Source of the DNA: an uncultured delta proteobacterium
GTDB taxonomy: Bacteria > Myxococcota_A > UBA9160 > SMWR01
Length of the DNA stretch: 64,000 nucleotides
Direction of reading: 5' to 3'
NCBI GenBank assembly: GCA_963832165.1
Contig: CAWHTE010000011.1
Span: 640,001 to 704,000, forward strand
A program made the translations under genes and the position numbers. Under the pieces are notes generated by a model. It searched no databases. It was not told where the DNA came from and worked only from the letters and a program-made list of their open reading frames with translations. Of this stretch, positions 1 through 9,235 are shown piece after piece; position 1 is the first letter of the stretch, and each line of letters begins with the position of its first letter.

Positions 1-355
1 TCAGGCTGCCCTTGATCTCGGGATCCGACACTTCGGCCGCCATACGTAGAACTGTGTCACGCGCCGCCCCCTGCAGCTCCTCGATCAGCGAGAGCATGAA
101 CAGTTCTTCGTCGTTCGCACCGGACAGGTCGCGCGACGGCTCCTGCAGCACGAGCGCTCGGCTGAGGCCCGGTTTGCGACGCAGATAGCCCTTGCGTTCG
201 AGCGTCTTCAGCATGCGATGCGCGCCGGACGGAGAGCCGAGCTGGCAGTCGTTTGCGAGCTCCTCGGTCGTCGGAGCGAAGCCGTGGTCGCGGATGTGAC
301 GCCGCAGTTGCGTGAGCACCTCGGCCTGCCGTGGCGTCAACGATCGGGCATTCAC
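1..355 (-). CDS. LexA-type winged-helix DNA-binding protein with an atypical C-terminal domain (3' partial)
   Basis: Manual translation from GTG at 355: NARSLTPRQAEVLTQLRRHIRDHGFAPTTEELANDCQLGSPSGAHRMLKTLERKGYLRRKPGLSRAL, a classic LexA N-domain pattern. It continues helically (EELFMLSLIEELQGAARDTVLRMAAEVSDPEIKGSL) and runs off the window. Absent from the ORF track. Confidence 0.8.
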   Translation of the reverse strand, partial: MNARSLTPRQAEVLTQLRRHIRDHGFAPTTEELANDCQLGSPSGAHRMLKTLERKGYLRRKPGLSRALVLQEPSRDLSGANDEELFMLSLIEELQGAARDTVLRMAAEVSDPEIKGSL

Positions 356-372
356 GTCAGCGCGGTTTTGAG

Positions 373-402
373 TTGCAATGCGGGATATCATTTCACTATA
401 AT
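373..402 (+). promoter_or_regulatory. sigma70-like promoter for the LLM pair
   Basis: TTGCAA (373-378), 18 nt spacer, TATAAT (397-402) in an AT-rich divergent intergenic region. Confidence 0.6.
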
Positions 403-481
403 ACACCAAAATCGGCCTAGATGTGAAGATTCTTTGCCTTAGGAGCACCGGCGCCGGTCCGGGCAGGGAGGGGCGGGCGCG

Positions 482-1684
482 ATGAAGGTGGGACTCTTCT
501 ACTTCCCTGCGATCGGGAGCGGCGACCCGACCGCGTACGAGCGCCGCAACATCGGGAACGACCCGGATCAGTACGCCTACCTGCTCGAGGATCTCAAGCT
601 CCAGGCACAGCTCGCAGAGGAGCACGGATTCCACGGCATCTACTTCGCCGAGCACCACTTCGACACGGAGGGCTTCGAGGTCTGCCACAACCCGCTGTTG
701 TTCGACGCCTGGGTGGCGAGCCACACGAAGCGGATCAAAGTGGGCCAGCTTGGTCTCGTGCTCCCGGCCTGGAATCCGCTTCGACTCGCCGAGGACATTG
801 CCACGCTCTCCTACGTCTTCCCCGGGCGATTCGAGCTCGGGTTCGCGCGCGGCTTCCAGACGCGCGAGGTCGCGCCGCTCGCAGCGGCGCACCAGGTGGA
901 GGGTGCGCTCTCCGACCTGGGCGCCGCCGACCAGCGCAACCGCAGGCTGTTCCTCGAACACTACGAGATCCTGATGAAGGCGCTACGCGAGAAGCTCTTC
1001 TGCCATCACGGTGAGTTCAACACGATCCCGCCGAAGGGCCTGTCGTGGACGAACCCGGCCACGCGCAACTTTGGCGGGGGAGTGGATGGGAACGGAATCC
1101 TCACCGAGATCGGAACCGTGCCGCCGCTCGAGGGTGCGATGCCGCAGCGCTGGCAGGCGTTCTCGTTCTCACCCGAGACGATGGAATGGGCTGCCCGCGA
1201 AGGGATGAACCTCGCGATGTTCGAGGTGAAGCCCGAGTTCCAGCGCAAGTACCAGGACGTGTTCATGACCGAGGCCAATAAACACGGCCGCGATCTGCGC
1301 TTCGGTCAGGGAGTCAGCTATACGCGCGGGATGCTGTGCCTCGAGGACGGCGATCGAGCCCGATCGATCGACAAGGCGGCCTGCGACAAGGTGTGGGGCG
1401 AGTGGTTCTCGGGGACTGGCTTCACGAACGCGTTCGCGCGTCCGGGAGATGCGATGCCGCTCCCGTACACCTACGAGATGCTCGCCGAGCGCGGCTTTAA
1501 CTTCGTGGGCAACCCCGACGAGGTCACGCGGCATCTCGAGCAGCTCGTGAAGAACACGAACCTCGAGTACCTGAACCTGCACGTCCAGACGGGCGCGGTG
1601 CCCCGGGAGATCCTGCTCGAATCGATCGACTTGTTCGCCCGCAAGGTGCTGCCCCGCTTCGATTTCGAGCCGCTCGCGGCCTAG
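482..1684 (+). CDS. LLM-class flavin-dependent oxidoreductase (luciferase-like)
   Basis: FAEHHF; HNPLLFDAWVASHTKRIKVGQLGLVLPAWNPLRLAEDIA; ELGFARGFQ; C-terminal SIDLFARKVLPRF. Confidence 0.92.
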   Translation: MKVGLFYFPAIGSGDPTAYERRNIGNDPDQYAYLLEDLKLQAQLAEEHGFHGIYFAEHHFDTEGFEVCHNPLLFDAWVASHTKRIKVGQLGLVLPAWNPLRLAEDIATLSYVFPGRFELGFARGFQTREVAPLAAAHQVEGALSDLGAADQRNRRLFLEHYEILMKALREKLFCHHGEFNTIPPKGLSWTNPATRNFGGGVDGNGILTEIGTVPPLEGAMPQRWQAFSFSPETMEWAAREGMNLAMFEVKPEFQRKYQDVFMTEANKHGRDLRFGQGVSYTRGMLCLEDGDRARSIDKAACDKVWGEWFSGTGFTNAFARPGDAMPLPYTYEMLAERGFNFVGNPDEVTRHLEQLVKNTNLEYLNLHVQTGAVPREILLESIDLFARKVLPRFDFEPLAA

Positions 1685-1712
1685 CAGGTTCGCAGATCCG
1701 GAGGACGATGCC

Positions 1713-2924
1713 TTGAAGTTCAATCTGTTCTACTTCCCGCAGCTTGGGGGCGGGGATCCAACCAGCTATGACCGCAAGATGATCGGGAAGGATCCCGCGC
1801 AGTTCCGCCACCTGTTCGACGACATCAAGTGGCAGGCGCAGATTGCGGACGAGGCCGGCTTCCACGGCTGTTACTTCGCCGAACATCACTTCGACGTGGA
1901 GGGATTCGAGGCGTCTCCGAACCCGCTGTTGTTCGATCTGTTCGTCGGAATCCATACGAAGCGGTTGCGTGTCGGTCAGCTGGGATTCCAGCTCCCGGCC
2001 TGGAATCCGATCCGGCTCGCCGAGGACATCGCGACGATGACCTACTTCCTCGGCGACCGGCTCGAGCTCGGCTTCGTGCGCGGGTTCCAGAGCCGCGAGA
2101 TCGCACCGCTCGCCGCCGCGCACCAGGTCGAAGGCGCCATGTCCGACCGGAGCGTGGCTGACCAGCGCAATCGCCGGCTCTTCCAGGAAAACTACGAGAT
2201 CGTGATGAAGGCCCTGACCGAGGACTTCATCGCCTACGACGGCGAGTTCCACCAGATTCCGCCGCGCGATCTTAGGTGGCTCAATCCGGCCACGCAGAAA
2301 TATGGAGGTGGAGTGGCGGCGGACGGTTCCGTGACACACATCGGTGTGGTTCCGAAGCCCAAGGGTCGAAGGCTCCCGCAGCGCTGGCAGGCGTTCTCGT
2401 TCTCCGAGGAGACGTTGCGCTGGGCCGGCCGCCAGGGCATGAACCTGGCGCTCGGCGAGATCAAACCGCCTCGCATGAAGGAGATCCAGGACCTGTTCCA
2501 GGAGGAATCCGAGAAGGGCGGCCGCAAGCTCGCCTGGGGACAGGGCGTCGGATATCTGCGGCACATGCTGTGCCTGCCCGACGGAGCCGAGGCCCGGCGC
2601 CTCGATGCAGCCGGCTCGGAATACCTCTGGGGTCAGTGGTTCGCGGGCACCGGCTTCACCGAGTTGTTTCGGCTTCCCGAGGACGATCCGAACAAAATGC
2701 TCCCATACTCCTATGATCTCCTGCTCGATCGCGGTTGGTCGTTCGCCGGCGATCCGGACTACGTCACGCGTTGCATCGAGAAGCTGCTCAAGGACAGTCA
2801 CTGCGAGCACATCTTCCTTCAGTCGATGACCGGCGTGATCCCGAGCGATGCGCTGAAGCGATCGACAGAACTGTTCGTCGAGAAAGTCTTGCCGCGCTTC
2901 GACGTGGAGGCTCCCGGAGATTAG
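1713..2924 (+). CDS. LLM-class flavin-dependent oxidoreductase, tandem paralog of 482..1684
   Basis: Same motifs (FAEHHF, WNPIRLAEDIA, RGFQSRE); TTG start preceded by GGAGG. Confidence 0.92.
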   Translation: MKFNLFYFPQLGGGDPTSYDRKMIGKDPAQFRHLFDDIKWQAQIADEAGFHGCYFAEHHFDVEGFEASPNPLLFDLFVGIHTKRLRVGQLGFQLPAWNPIRLAEDIATMTYFLGDRLELGFVRGFQSREIAPLAAAHQVEGAMSDRSVADQRNRRLFQENYEIVMKALTEDFIAYDGEFHQIPPRDLRWLNPATQKYGGGVAADGSVTHIGVVPKPKGRRLPQRWQAFSFSEETLRWAGRQGMNLALGEIKPPRMKEIQDLFQEESEKGGRKLAWGQGVGYLRHMLCLPDGAEARRLDAAGSEYLWGQWFAGTGFTELFRLPEDDPNKMLPYSYDLLLDRGWSFAGDPDYVTRCIEKLLKDSHCEHIFLQSMTGVIPSDALKRSTELFVEKVLPRFDVEAPGD

Positions 2925-3020
2925 GCGATGGTGCTCGACCGCTTCCTTCGGTTTCGCCGTTATCCTCCCGCTAGAGAGAGGGCGACCCAGGTTCCGCGGG
3001 TCGGCGACCGAGGAGATTGA

Positions 3021-3692
3021 ATGGCCGGTTTCACAGCCCAGTTCCCCCGCGAACCACGCGGCGCGAGGTCTTCCCGGAAGCGCGAGAAGCTCCAGGAGCG
3101 CGGCGGGCGCGGCACCCCCGTATGGGCCGATCTACCGCGGGACGAGGCGATCCTGCGCGCCGCAGCGGAAACCTTCTATCGCTGCGGCTTCGACGGCACG
3201 ACGCTCGACGACATCGCGCGCGACGCGGGAATCGGGAGGACGAGTCTGTACCACTATTTCGATTCGAAGGAGGAGATTTACGAGCGGCTAGTCAACAACG
3301 TGATCGGCTCGTTCGACGTGCAGGAGGAGTTGTCGCGCGACATCCCCGCGGAGGAACGACTGGAGCGCTTGGTCCGAGCCCGCCTCGAACAGACCACCAC
3401 CCACCCGATCGAGGTGGGACTGATCAGCCGTCGGCTGGTGCGGATGGAGGGTTCGGTGGGTGAGTGGGCTCGCCGATTCCGTCGCCGCGAGTTCGATTCC
3501 CTACGCGAGTTGATCATGCAGGGGCAGCGAGATCGCCGGTTCAGGGACGGGGATCCCGACATCATGGCGGCAACGGTCATGGGGCTGATGGTGCAGGTCT
3601 GCGAGTGGTACCGGCCGTCGGGGAGGGTGGACCGCCAAGCGGTGATCGACGAGATGGCTCGGTTCATCGTGCTGGCCGTGCGGGAGCGCTGA
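3021..3692 (+). CDS. TetR/AcrR regulator with KstR2/PaaR-like C-terminus
   Basis: HTH GTTLDDIARDAGIGRTSLYHYFDSKEEI; C-terminal WYRPSGR; GAGGAG RBS. Confidence 0.9.
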   Translation: MAGFTAQFPREPRGARSSRKREKLQERGGRGTPVWADLPRDEAILRAAAETFYRCGFDGTTLDDIARDAGIGRTSLYHYFDSKEEIYERLVNNVIGSFDVQEELSRDIPAEERLERLVRARLEQTTTHPIEVGLISRRLVRMEGSVGEWARRFRRREFDSLRELIMQGQRDRRFRDGDPDIMAATVMGLMVQVCEWYRPSGRVDRQAVIDEMARFIVLAVRER

Positions 3693-3713
3693 CGGCCAGC
3701 CCCCGCTCGTACC

Positions 3714-4748
3714 TCAGGTCCTGCCAGCTCGGATCGGGTGTCCAGCCAGTTTCGGCGCCACCTCGTTCGCGAAGAGCTCGAGGCTCCGCCAACCGAGCTC
3801 GGGGTCGAGCCCCGCCATCAGCGGGCTCAACACGATCGTTCCGTCCGGATCGAGCGACGCGACCAGATCGATGCACGCCTGTGGCGTCAGCACCCTGTAC
3901 ATACCCGAGCTGCGCAACGCATGAGCGTCGCTGATCGGAGCATAGGGGCCGCGCACGCCGGCCTCGTGCATCCAGCGGCCATAGCTGTTCGCCTCGTGGA
4001 GGGCGTGCGGGGCGATGTGCTTCCAGTCGTCTTCGGGATCGAGCGCCACGTGCAGGAAGATCGGCCCCGAGATGAACTCGATGCGCGGCGTGCGGCCCAG
4101 ATTCGCGCACTCCTCGCGGTAGGCGCGCTGCAACTCGGGATCGCGGCCGCCCGGGAAGAAGCCGTCGCCGATCTGCGCCGCGCGGCGCGCGGCGGCCTCG
4201 CTGTTCCCGCCCAGAAACAGCGGCGGACCGGGTCTTTGCAGCGGGCGCGGAGTCACGCGAACCGTTGCGCCGGCGAACTCGAACGGATCGCCGGTCCAGG
4301 CGCTCCGCAGCGCTTCGACGCCTTTGCGCATGAGGCCGGGGCGCTGGCGAGTCTGGCGGCCGAACATCGCGAATTCGGCCTCCCGGTAACCAGCTGCCAA
4401 GACGAGATCGACGCGGCCGCCACTCACGAGATCGAGCACCGCGATGTCCTCGGCGAGGCGCAACGGATGATGAAGGGGAAGAATCAGCGCCGAGAACAAG
4501 AGCCGCATGCGCGACGTGCGGCTCGCGATCCCCGACGCGAGCACGAGCGGCGAAGGGCAGTAGCCGTCCTCCGAACCGTGGTGCTCGTTGAACAAGAACC
4601 AGTCGAAACAACCGCGCTCGTCGGCCCAACTCGCCTGTTCGAGCGCGGCCGCGTAGAGGGTCGCGTCGCCCGCGCCGAATTCGGGTGAGCGCAGGTCGTA
4701 GCGCACCGCGATTTTCGGACCCGCGCCGGCATTGGCGCTTCCAGTCAT
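3714..4748 (-). CDS. LLM-class flavin-dependent oxidoreductase
   Basis: NEHHGSEDGYCPSP; LHHPLRLAEDIAVLDLVSGGR; SLELFANEVAP. Start set at ATG 4748. Confidence 0.9.
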   Translation of the reverse strand: MTGSANAGAGPKIAVRYDLRSPEFGAGDATLYAAALEQASWADERGCFDWFLFNEHHGSEDGYCPSPLVLASGIASRTSRMRLLFSALILPLHHPLRLAEDIAVLDLVSGGRVDLVLAAGYREAEFAMFGRQTRQRPGLMRKGVEALRSAWTGDPFEFAGATVRVTPRPLQRPGPPLFLGGNSEAAARRAAQIGDGFFPGGRDPELQRAYREECANLGRTPRIEFISGPIFLHVALDPEDDWKHIAPHALHEANSYGRWMHEAGVRGPYAPISDAHALRSSGMYRVLTPQACIDLVASLDPDGTIVLSPLMAGLDPELGWRSLELFANEVAPKLAGHPIRAGRT

Positions 4749-4805
4749 CGCCGAATTATGCAACATTTTGTCTCGAAACTCTCAGGGGCCCTAGGAGCCG
4801 GAGTC

Positions 4806-5504
4806 TTGAACACCTCCTCCGGCCGACCGCGCGGTGGTCGGCAGCGCAATGCGAAGATCGAGCCGGTTGCCGACGAGCGCCGGGGTCGCCCCCGCCAGGG
4901 CAGAGCCGTGGCGCGCAACCTTCCTCGCGACGAGGAGATAATCAAGATCGCGGCCGAGATCTTCTATCGACAGGGGTTCGAGGGCACGAAGCTCGACGAC
5001 ATCGCGCGCGATGCGGGAATCGTCAAGGGAAGTCTCTACCACTACTTCGATTCGAAGGAGCAGATCTACGAGCGCCTCGTGAACAACGTCGTGGGCACAC
5101 TGAACGTGCAGGAGGAGATCGCCCGCGACATACCTGCCGATGAGCGCATGCTTCACATCTTGCGGGCGCGCCTCGCACAGACGACCTCCCATCCGACGGA
5201 AGTAGGGCTGATCTCGCGACAGCTCGTCCGCATGGAAGGGCCGGTCGGAGAGTGGGCTCGCAAGGTGCGACGCGAGAACTTCTCCGCGCTGCGCGAGTTG
5301 ATCGTGCAGGGGCAACGCGACGGTTGTTTTCGCGCAGGTGATCCGGACATCCTCGCGGCGACGATCATGGGGCTGCTCACGCAGGTCTGCGACTGGTACC
5401 GGCCCGGAGGGCGAGTGAACCGGGAGTCGCTGATCGAAGAGATGGCCGAGTTCGTGGTCGGCGCCTTGCGCGTAGCGCCGGCGAAACGCAGGGGAGGTCG
5501 CTGA
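4806..5504 (+). CDS. TetR/AcrR regulator (KstR2/PaaR-like) with basic GRP-containing N-terminal extension
   Basis: GTKLDDIARDAGIVKGSLYHYFDSKEQI; WYRPGGR. Start uncertain; TTG 4806 follows AGGAG. Confidence 0.88.
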   Translation: MNTSSGRPRGGRQRNAKIEPVADERRGRPRQGRAVARNLPRDEEIIKIAAEIFYRQGFEGTKLDDIARDAGIVKGSLYHYFDSKEQIYERLVNNVVGTLNVQEEIARDIPADERMLHILRARLAQTTSHPTEVGLISRQLVRMEGPVGEWARKVRRENFSALRELIVQGQRDGCFRAGDPDILAATIMGLLTQVCDWYRPGGRVNRESLIEEMAEFVVGALRVAPAKRRGGR

Positions 5505-5506
5505 CG

Positions 5507-6097
5507 ATGGATGCGCTCAGCGCGATAGAGACCTGTCGCGCGATCCGGCACCTGAAGCCCGACCCGATACCCGACGAGCTCCTACGCCAGCTCGTCTATT
5601 ACGCGACGCGCGCGTCGAGTCCCGGAAACAGCCAGGGCTGGGAGTTCGTCATCGTGCGCGACCGCCTAAAAAAGGAGCGCATCGCGGCTGCGATCCGGGC
5701 GGGTAGCCCGGGTGCGCCCGATACGAGCCGCGCCGACGCGGTCACGCGGCGGATGATCCGGGGCGCCATGCATCTGATCGATCGCTTCGCGGAGATGCCG
5801 GCGATCGTGTTCGTGTGCGGGCGCAACGCGTATCCACCCGACGCGCCGCTCAAGCGCTTTGTGTGGTCGACGGTGTATCCCGCCGCGCAGAACCTGATCG
5901 TCGCCGCACGCGCGCTGGGCCTTGGCAGCGCGTTCACGACACTGCACGAGTTCGCGGAACCCACGATCCGCGCGACACTGTCGATTCCCGAAAACGTGTT
6001 CCTCGGCGTCACGATTCCCGTCGGTTTCCCCGACCGCCCGTTCGGGCCGGTATCGCGGAGGCCGATCGACGACGTCCTTCACTGGGACCAGTGGTAG
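5507..6097 (+). CDS. Nitroreductase-family flavoprotein
   Basis: CRAIRHLKPDPIP; ASSPGNSQGWEF; AAQNLIVAARALGLGS. Confidence 0.9.
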   Translation: MDALSAIETCRAIRHLKPDPIPDELLRQLVYYATRASSPGNSQGWEFVIVRDRLKKERIAAAIRAGSPGAPDTSRADAVTRRMIRGAMHLIDRFAEMPAIVFVCGRNAYPPDAPLKRFVWSTVYPAAQNLIVAARALGLGSAFTTLHEFAEPTIRATLSIPENVFLGVTIPVGFPDRPFGPVSRRPIDDVLHWDQW

Positions 6098-6130
6098 TTC
6101 CGCATGTCCCCCCGAGTTGGAGAGCCAGTC

Positions 6131-7075
6131 ATGCGAGCCGCCTATTGCGACAAGATGGGACTTCCCGATCCCCTCGACGGACTCGTGATCGGCGAACGCC
6201 CCGAGCCCGTCTCGCGTCCGGGTTGGGAGATCGTCGACCTTCGCAGCGCTTCGCTGAACCGCCATGACCTCTGGCTATTGAAGGGCGTGTCCGTGGTGCC
6301 CGTCACGCCGCCCGTGATCCTGGGCTGCGACGGCGCTGGGCGATCGCGAGCCGGCGAGGACGTCGTGATCTATCCGGTTCTCGCACACGGCGCCGACTTC
6401 TACATGCTCACCGATGGCGTGGACGGGATGTTCGCTCCGCGCGCCGCGGTGCCCTCGGAGAGCCTGGTCCGCAAGCCTGGGAATCTGACCTTCGACGAGG
6501 CCTCGTGTCTGCCCACCGCCTATCTCACTGCCTGGAGCTCGCTCGTCGGGAAGGCGCGCCTGCGCGCCGGCGAGCGGCTTCTGGTGCAAGGCGTGAGTGG
6601 TGGCCTCTCCAACGCGTGCATCGCGCTTGGCAAGGCGCTGGGCGCGCGTGTCACGGCGACTTCCTCGCGCATTGAAGGCCTCGATTTCGCGCGCTCGCTC
6701 GGTGCGGACGAGGCGATCTTGTCCGGGGAGACGCTCGAGAAGAAGGTCGACGTGGTGATCGACTCGGTCGGTGCCAAGACCTGGTCGCACTCGATCGGGT
6801 CGCTCGGGTACGGTGGCCGGATGGTCGTGCTCGGTGCCACCACGGGCATCGATGCCCCCGCCGAGATCCGCTTCATCTTCCGCAAGGATCTCACAGTGAT
6901 GGGTCACAAGATGGGTACGCTCGAAGAGTTCCGGACGCTCTGCACTTTCGTGGAGGAGCGCGATATCCATCCCGTGATCGCGCGCGTTTATGACAATCTC
7001 GACGGCGTGCGAGGTGCCCTGAAGACCATGGCGGAGGGAGGTTCGCTCGGGAAGCTCGTGGTTCGCTGCCGCTAG
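6131..7075 (+). CDS. MDR-family zinc-binding dehydrogenase / quinone oxidoreductase
   Basis: ASLNRHDLW; ILGCDGAG; LPTAYLTAW; LVQGVSGG; GKLVV. Confidence 0.88.
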   Translation: MRAAYCDKMGLPDPLDGLVIGERPEPVSRPGWEIVDLRSASLNRHDLWLLKGVSVVPVTPPVILGCDGAGRSRAGEDVVIYPVLAHGADFYMLTDGVDGMFAPRAAVPSESLVRKPGNLTFDEASCLPTAYLTAWSSLVGKARLRAGERLLVQGVSGGLSNACIALGKALGARVTATSSRIEGLDFARSLGADEAILSGETLEKKVDVVIDSVGAKTWSHSIGSLGYGGRMVVLGATTGIDAPAEIRFIFRKDLTVMGHKMGTLEEFRTLCTFVEERDIHPVIARVYDNLDGVRGALKTMAEGGSLGKLVVRCR

Positions 7076-9219
7076 TCCGGGCGCAGCGGCGGAGGGCGCA
7101 CACTCGCGCGCAGTCGCGCCGCCTCGTCGCTCTCGAACAACGGCAACAGCGGCGGTACGCGCTCGCCGCGCTCGGCCCGCCGGGCGATTAGCGCATAGCC
7201 GTCCACGACGGGGTCGCGGATGCCGAGCCGTGCGAGCGCCTCGGCATGTCGGAGCGCCTCGCGTGTCCGCTCGAGGTGGAGGAGATCGAAGATTCGCCGC
7301 CTGTGTGCGCTGACGGCGCGCGGCCACTGACCGGTGATCCGCTCCTCCGTGGTGATGCCGTCGGCGTAGAGTCCGAGCGCCGCCTGCAGCGACCCGAGCT
7401 GTTCGAGCGCGGCAAACCGAGTCGCGGGATCGGCGTCTCCGATCCGAGTGACGAGCGCCGGGTAGTCCTCGGGCGCGATTCCGTGCGCGAGCGCCCACTC
7501 GGGTCGCTCGCGGAGCACGAGCGCCGGGTCGAAGCCGCGTCGGCGATCGAATGCGATGCCCCGGCTCGCATAGTAGGCGGCTACGCGGTCGAGGTTCTCG
7601 CCGCCTGCGTCCTCGCGACGCACGTATACGGCACTGTCGACGCTGCGGAACGCAAGGACCCAATCCTCTGTGTCGTCGAGCAGCGCCGTCGTGTAGCGCG
7701 CGGGTAGACGCGGGTCGCGCCGCTCGGGGAGTCCTGTTCCGAGGAACAGGTCCACTTCCGCGCCGCGCAGAACGTCGAGAAAGCTGCGGCCGGATCCCGT
7801 GGAGCGTCCGCGCGCCACGGACTCGTACTCCTCGAGCAGGCGCACCGGAGGGAAGTTGAGCGTACCGTTCACGAAGGTCTGGATCCGCGGGGCCAGCCAG
7901 AAGCCCAGGAAGCCACCCATGTAGTAGTTGGCGAAGAGATGCCCGGATAGATCGGCATCCGAGAGGAACCAGACCGCGTGCGCGTGATACTTCCGCGCTG
8001 CATACGGCATGGTGAGGTAGCTCTCCATGTCGTCGGGTACACCGAGCGCGCTGGGACGGAGCCGTCCCGCACTCGGCGCAGCGCAGAGCAGCAGCAGAGT
8101 CGCGACAGCGGACCCCCAGCGCAGTGCGAGATGTCGCGGCGTGCGAGCCGCGCCGCCTTGCGACGCGAGGCACAGCCAGAGGAGCGCGGGAAACACGCCC
8201 AACCAGTGGAGCCGGATCGCGAGCAGCATCGCGGCGATCGCCGCCACGGCGAGGGCGAGACGAACCGGGACGTCGTGCGTCGCCCATCGCAGCATGCGGT
8301 CGCGTGCCGATGGGCGCGCCCACGCCGTCGCGGCTGCGAGCGCCGCGACGGCGACGCTGACGGCCAGCAGGTTCGCGATTCCCCACGCGAGCGGACCCAT
8401 CCGCATAGCGGGGGACGGGAGCGAGAACGGATCGAACGCCGACCATTCATCGAGCACGAGCGGAAGGCGCGGCTCGAAGAACGCCGTGAACGGCGCCAGG
8501 TGCTGGCGGATACCGACTGGGTTCAGGAGTGCAACCGCCAGCCCGGCCGCGAGGACCGCGGCGATTCGCGTCGCGCGCGCGCGGCTGGCCTCGCACGCGG
8601 CGTTCGCGCCGGCGCGATCCTCGATCCGCGCGCGCACGACGATGCCGAGCGTTCCCGCCGCGACGAGGATCGGCCCGAGCAGGAATCCCGCGTGGGCGTT
8701 TGCATTGAGCGCGATCAGCGCGATCGCTGTGCCGACGCGCGCGCGCGTCGGCGCGACGGGCGGCGCGAACAGCAGCGCAAACAGCGCTAGTGCCACGAAT
8801 ATCGTAATCAGCTCGGGGCGCAGCTGGATCAGGCGGTACCACGACAACGCCAGGAAGCACGCCGTGGCGAGCGCGGTGAGAGGCAGATCGGACCGGCTTT
8901 CACGCCAGGCCAGCCAGGCGACCAGCACGGTGATGCCGAGCACGAGTCCCACGTGAAGCGCTCGCAGGCCCTGGAACCCCGCCGCGGTCCACACGCCATG
9001 GAGAGCGACGTCGAACAGCCACGAGGCGGGAGCGGGTGGGCTCAGCGTCGTGTGCAGCAGCGGATCGGATCCGAGCCATGGCCCGAGCTGCGCGTAGTTC
9101 CTGCCGAGCGCGAGGTGCCACCAGAAGTCGTCCGTCTCGAGTGGGCGCCCCGCGACGACCAGGACGAGCAGCGTCCAGGCGAACAGCGCGACGGCCACGA
9201 TCACCGCCGACGCGCGCAT
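7072..9219 (-). CDS. Polytopic membrane protein, possibly GT-C glycosyltransferase-like, with a soluble helical C-terminal domain
   Basis: About 10 hydrophobic segments; DDFWWHLALG after the first TM; QLRPE, NAHAGF and YYMGGFL motifs; TPR-like tail. Confidence 0.6.
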   Translation of the reverse strand: MRASAVIVAVALFAWTLLVLVVAGRPLETDDFWWHLALGRNYAQLGPWLGSDPLLHTTLSPPAPASWLFDVALHGVWTAAGFQGLRALHVGLVLGITVLVAWLAWRESRSDLPLTALATACFLALSWYRLIQLRPELITIFVALALFALLFAPPVAPTRARVGTAIALIALNANAHAGFLLGPILVAAGTLGIVVRARIEDRAGANAACEASRARATRIAAVLAAGLAVALLNPVGIRQHLAPFTAFFEPRLPLVLDEWSAFDPFSLPSPAMRMGPLAWGIANLLAVSVAVAALAAATAWARPSARDRMLRWATHDVPVRLALAVAAIAAMLLAIRLHWLGVFPALLWLCLASQGGAARTPRHLALRWGSAVATLLLLCAAPSAGRLRPSALGVPDDMESYLTMPYAARKYHAHAVWFLSDADLSGHLFANYYMGGFLGFWLAPRIQTFVNGTLNFPPVRLLEEYESVARGRSTGSGRSFLDVLRGAEVDLFLGTGLPERRDPRLPARYTTALLDDTEDWVLAFRSVDSAVYVRREDAGGENLDRVAAYYASRGIAFDRRRGFDPALVLRERPEWALAHGIAPEDYPALVTRIGDADPATRFAALEQLGSLQAALGLYADGITTEERITGQWPRAVSAHRRRIFDLLHLERTREALRHAEALARLGIRDPVVDGYALIARRAERGERVPPLLPLFESDEAARLRASVRPPPLRPD

Positions 9220-9235
9220 GCGATCCTAATGCTCG

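Noticed and set aside
1..355. Canonical lexA SOS repressor
   Set aside because: No Ala-Gly cleavage site or peptidase sequence follows the HTH, so no gene symbol was given.
482..2924. Bioluminescence (luxAB) operon
   Set aside because: No luxC/D/E/G nearby, and LLM folds are common in catabolism.
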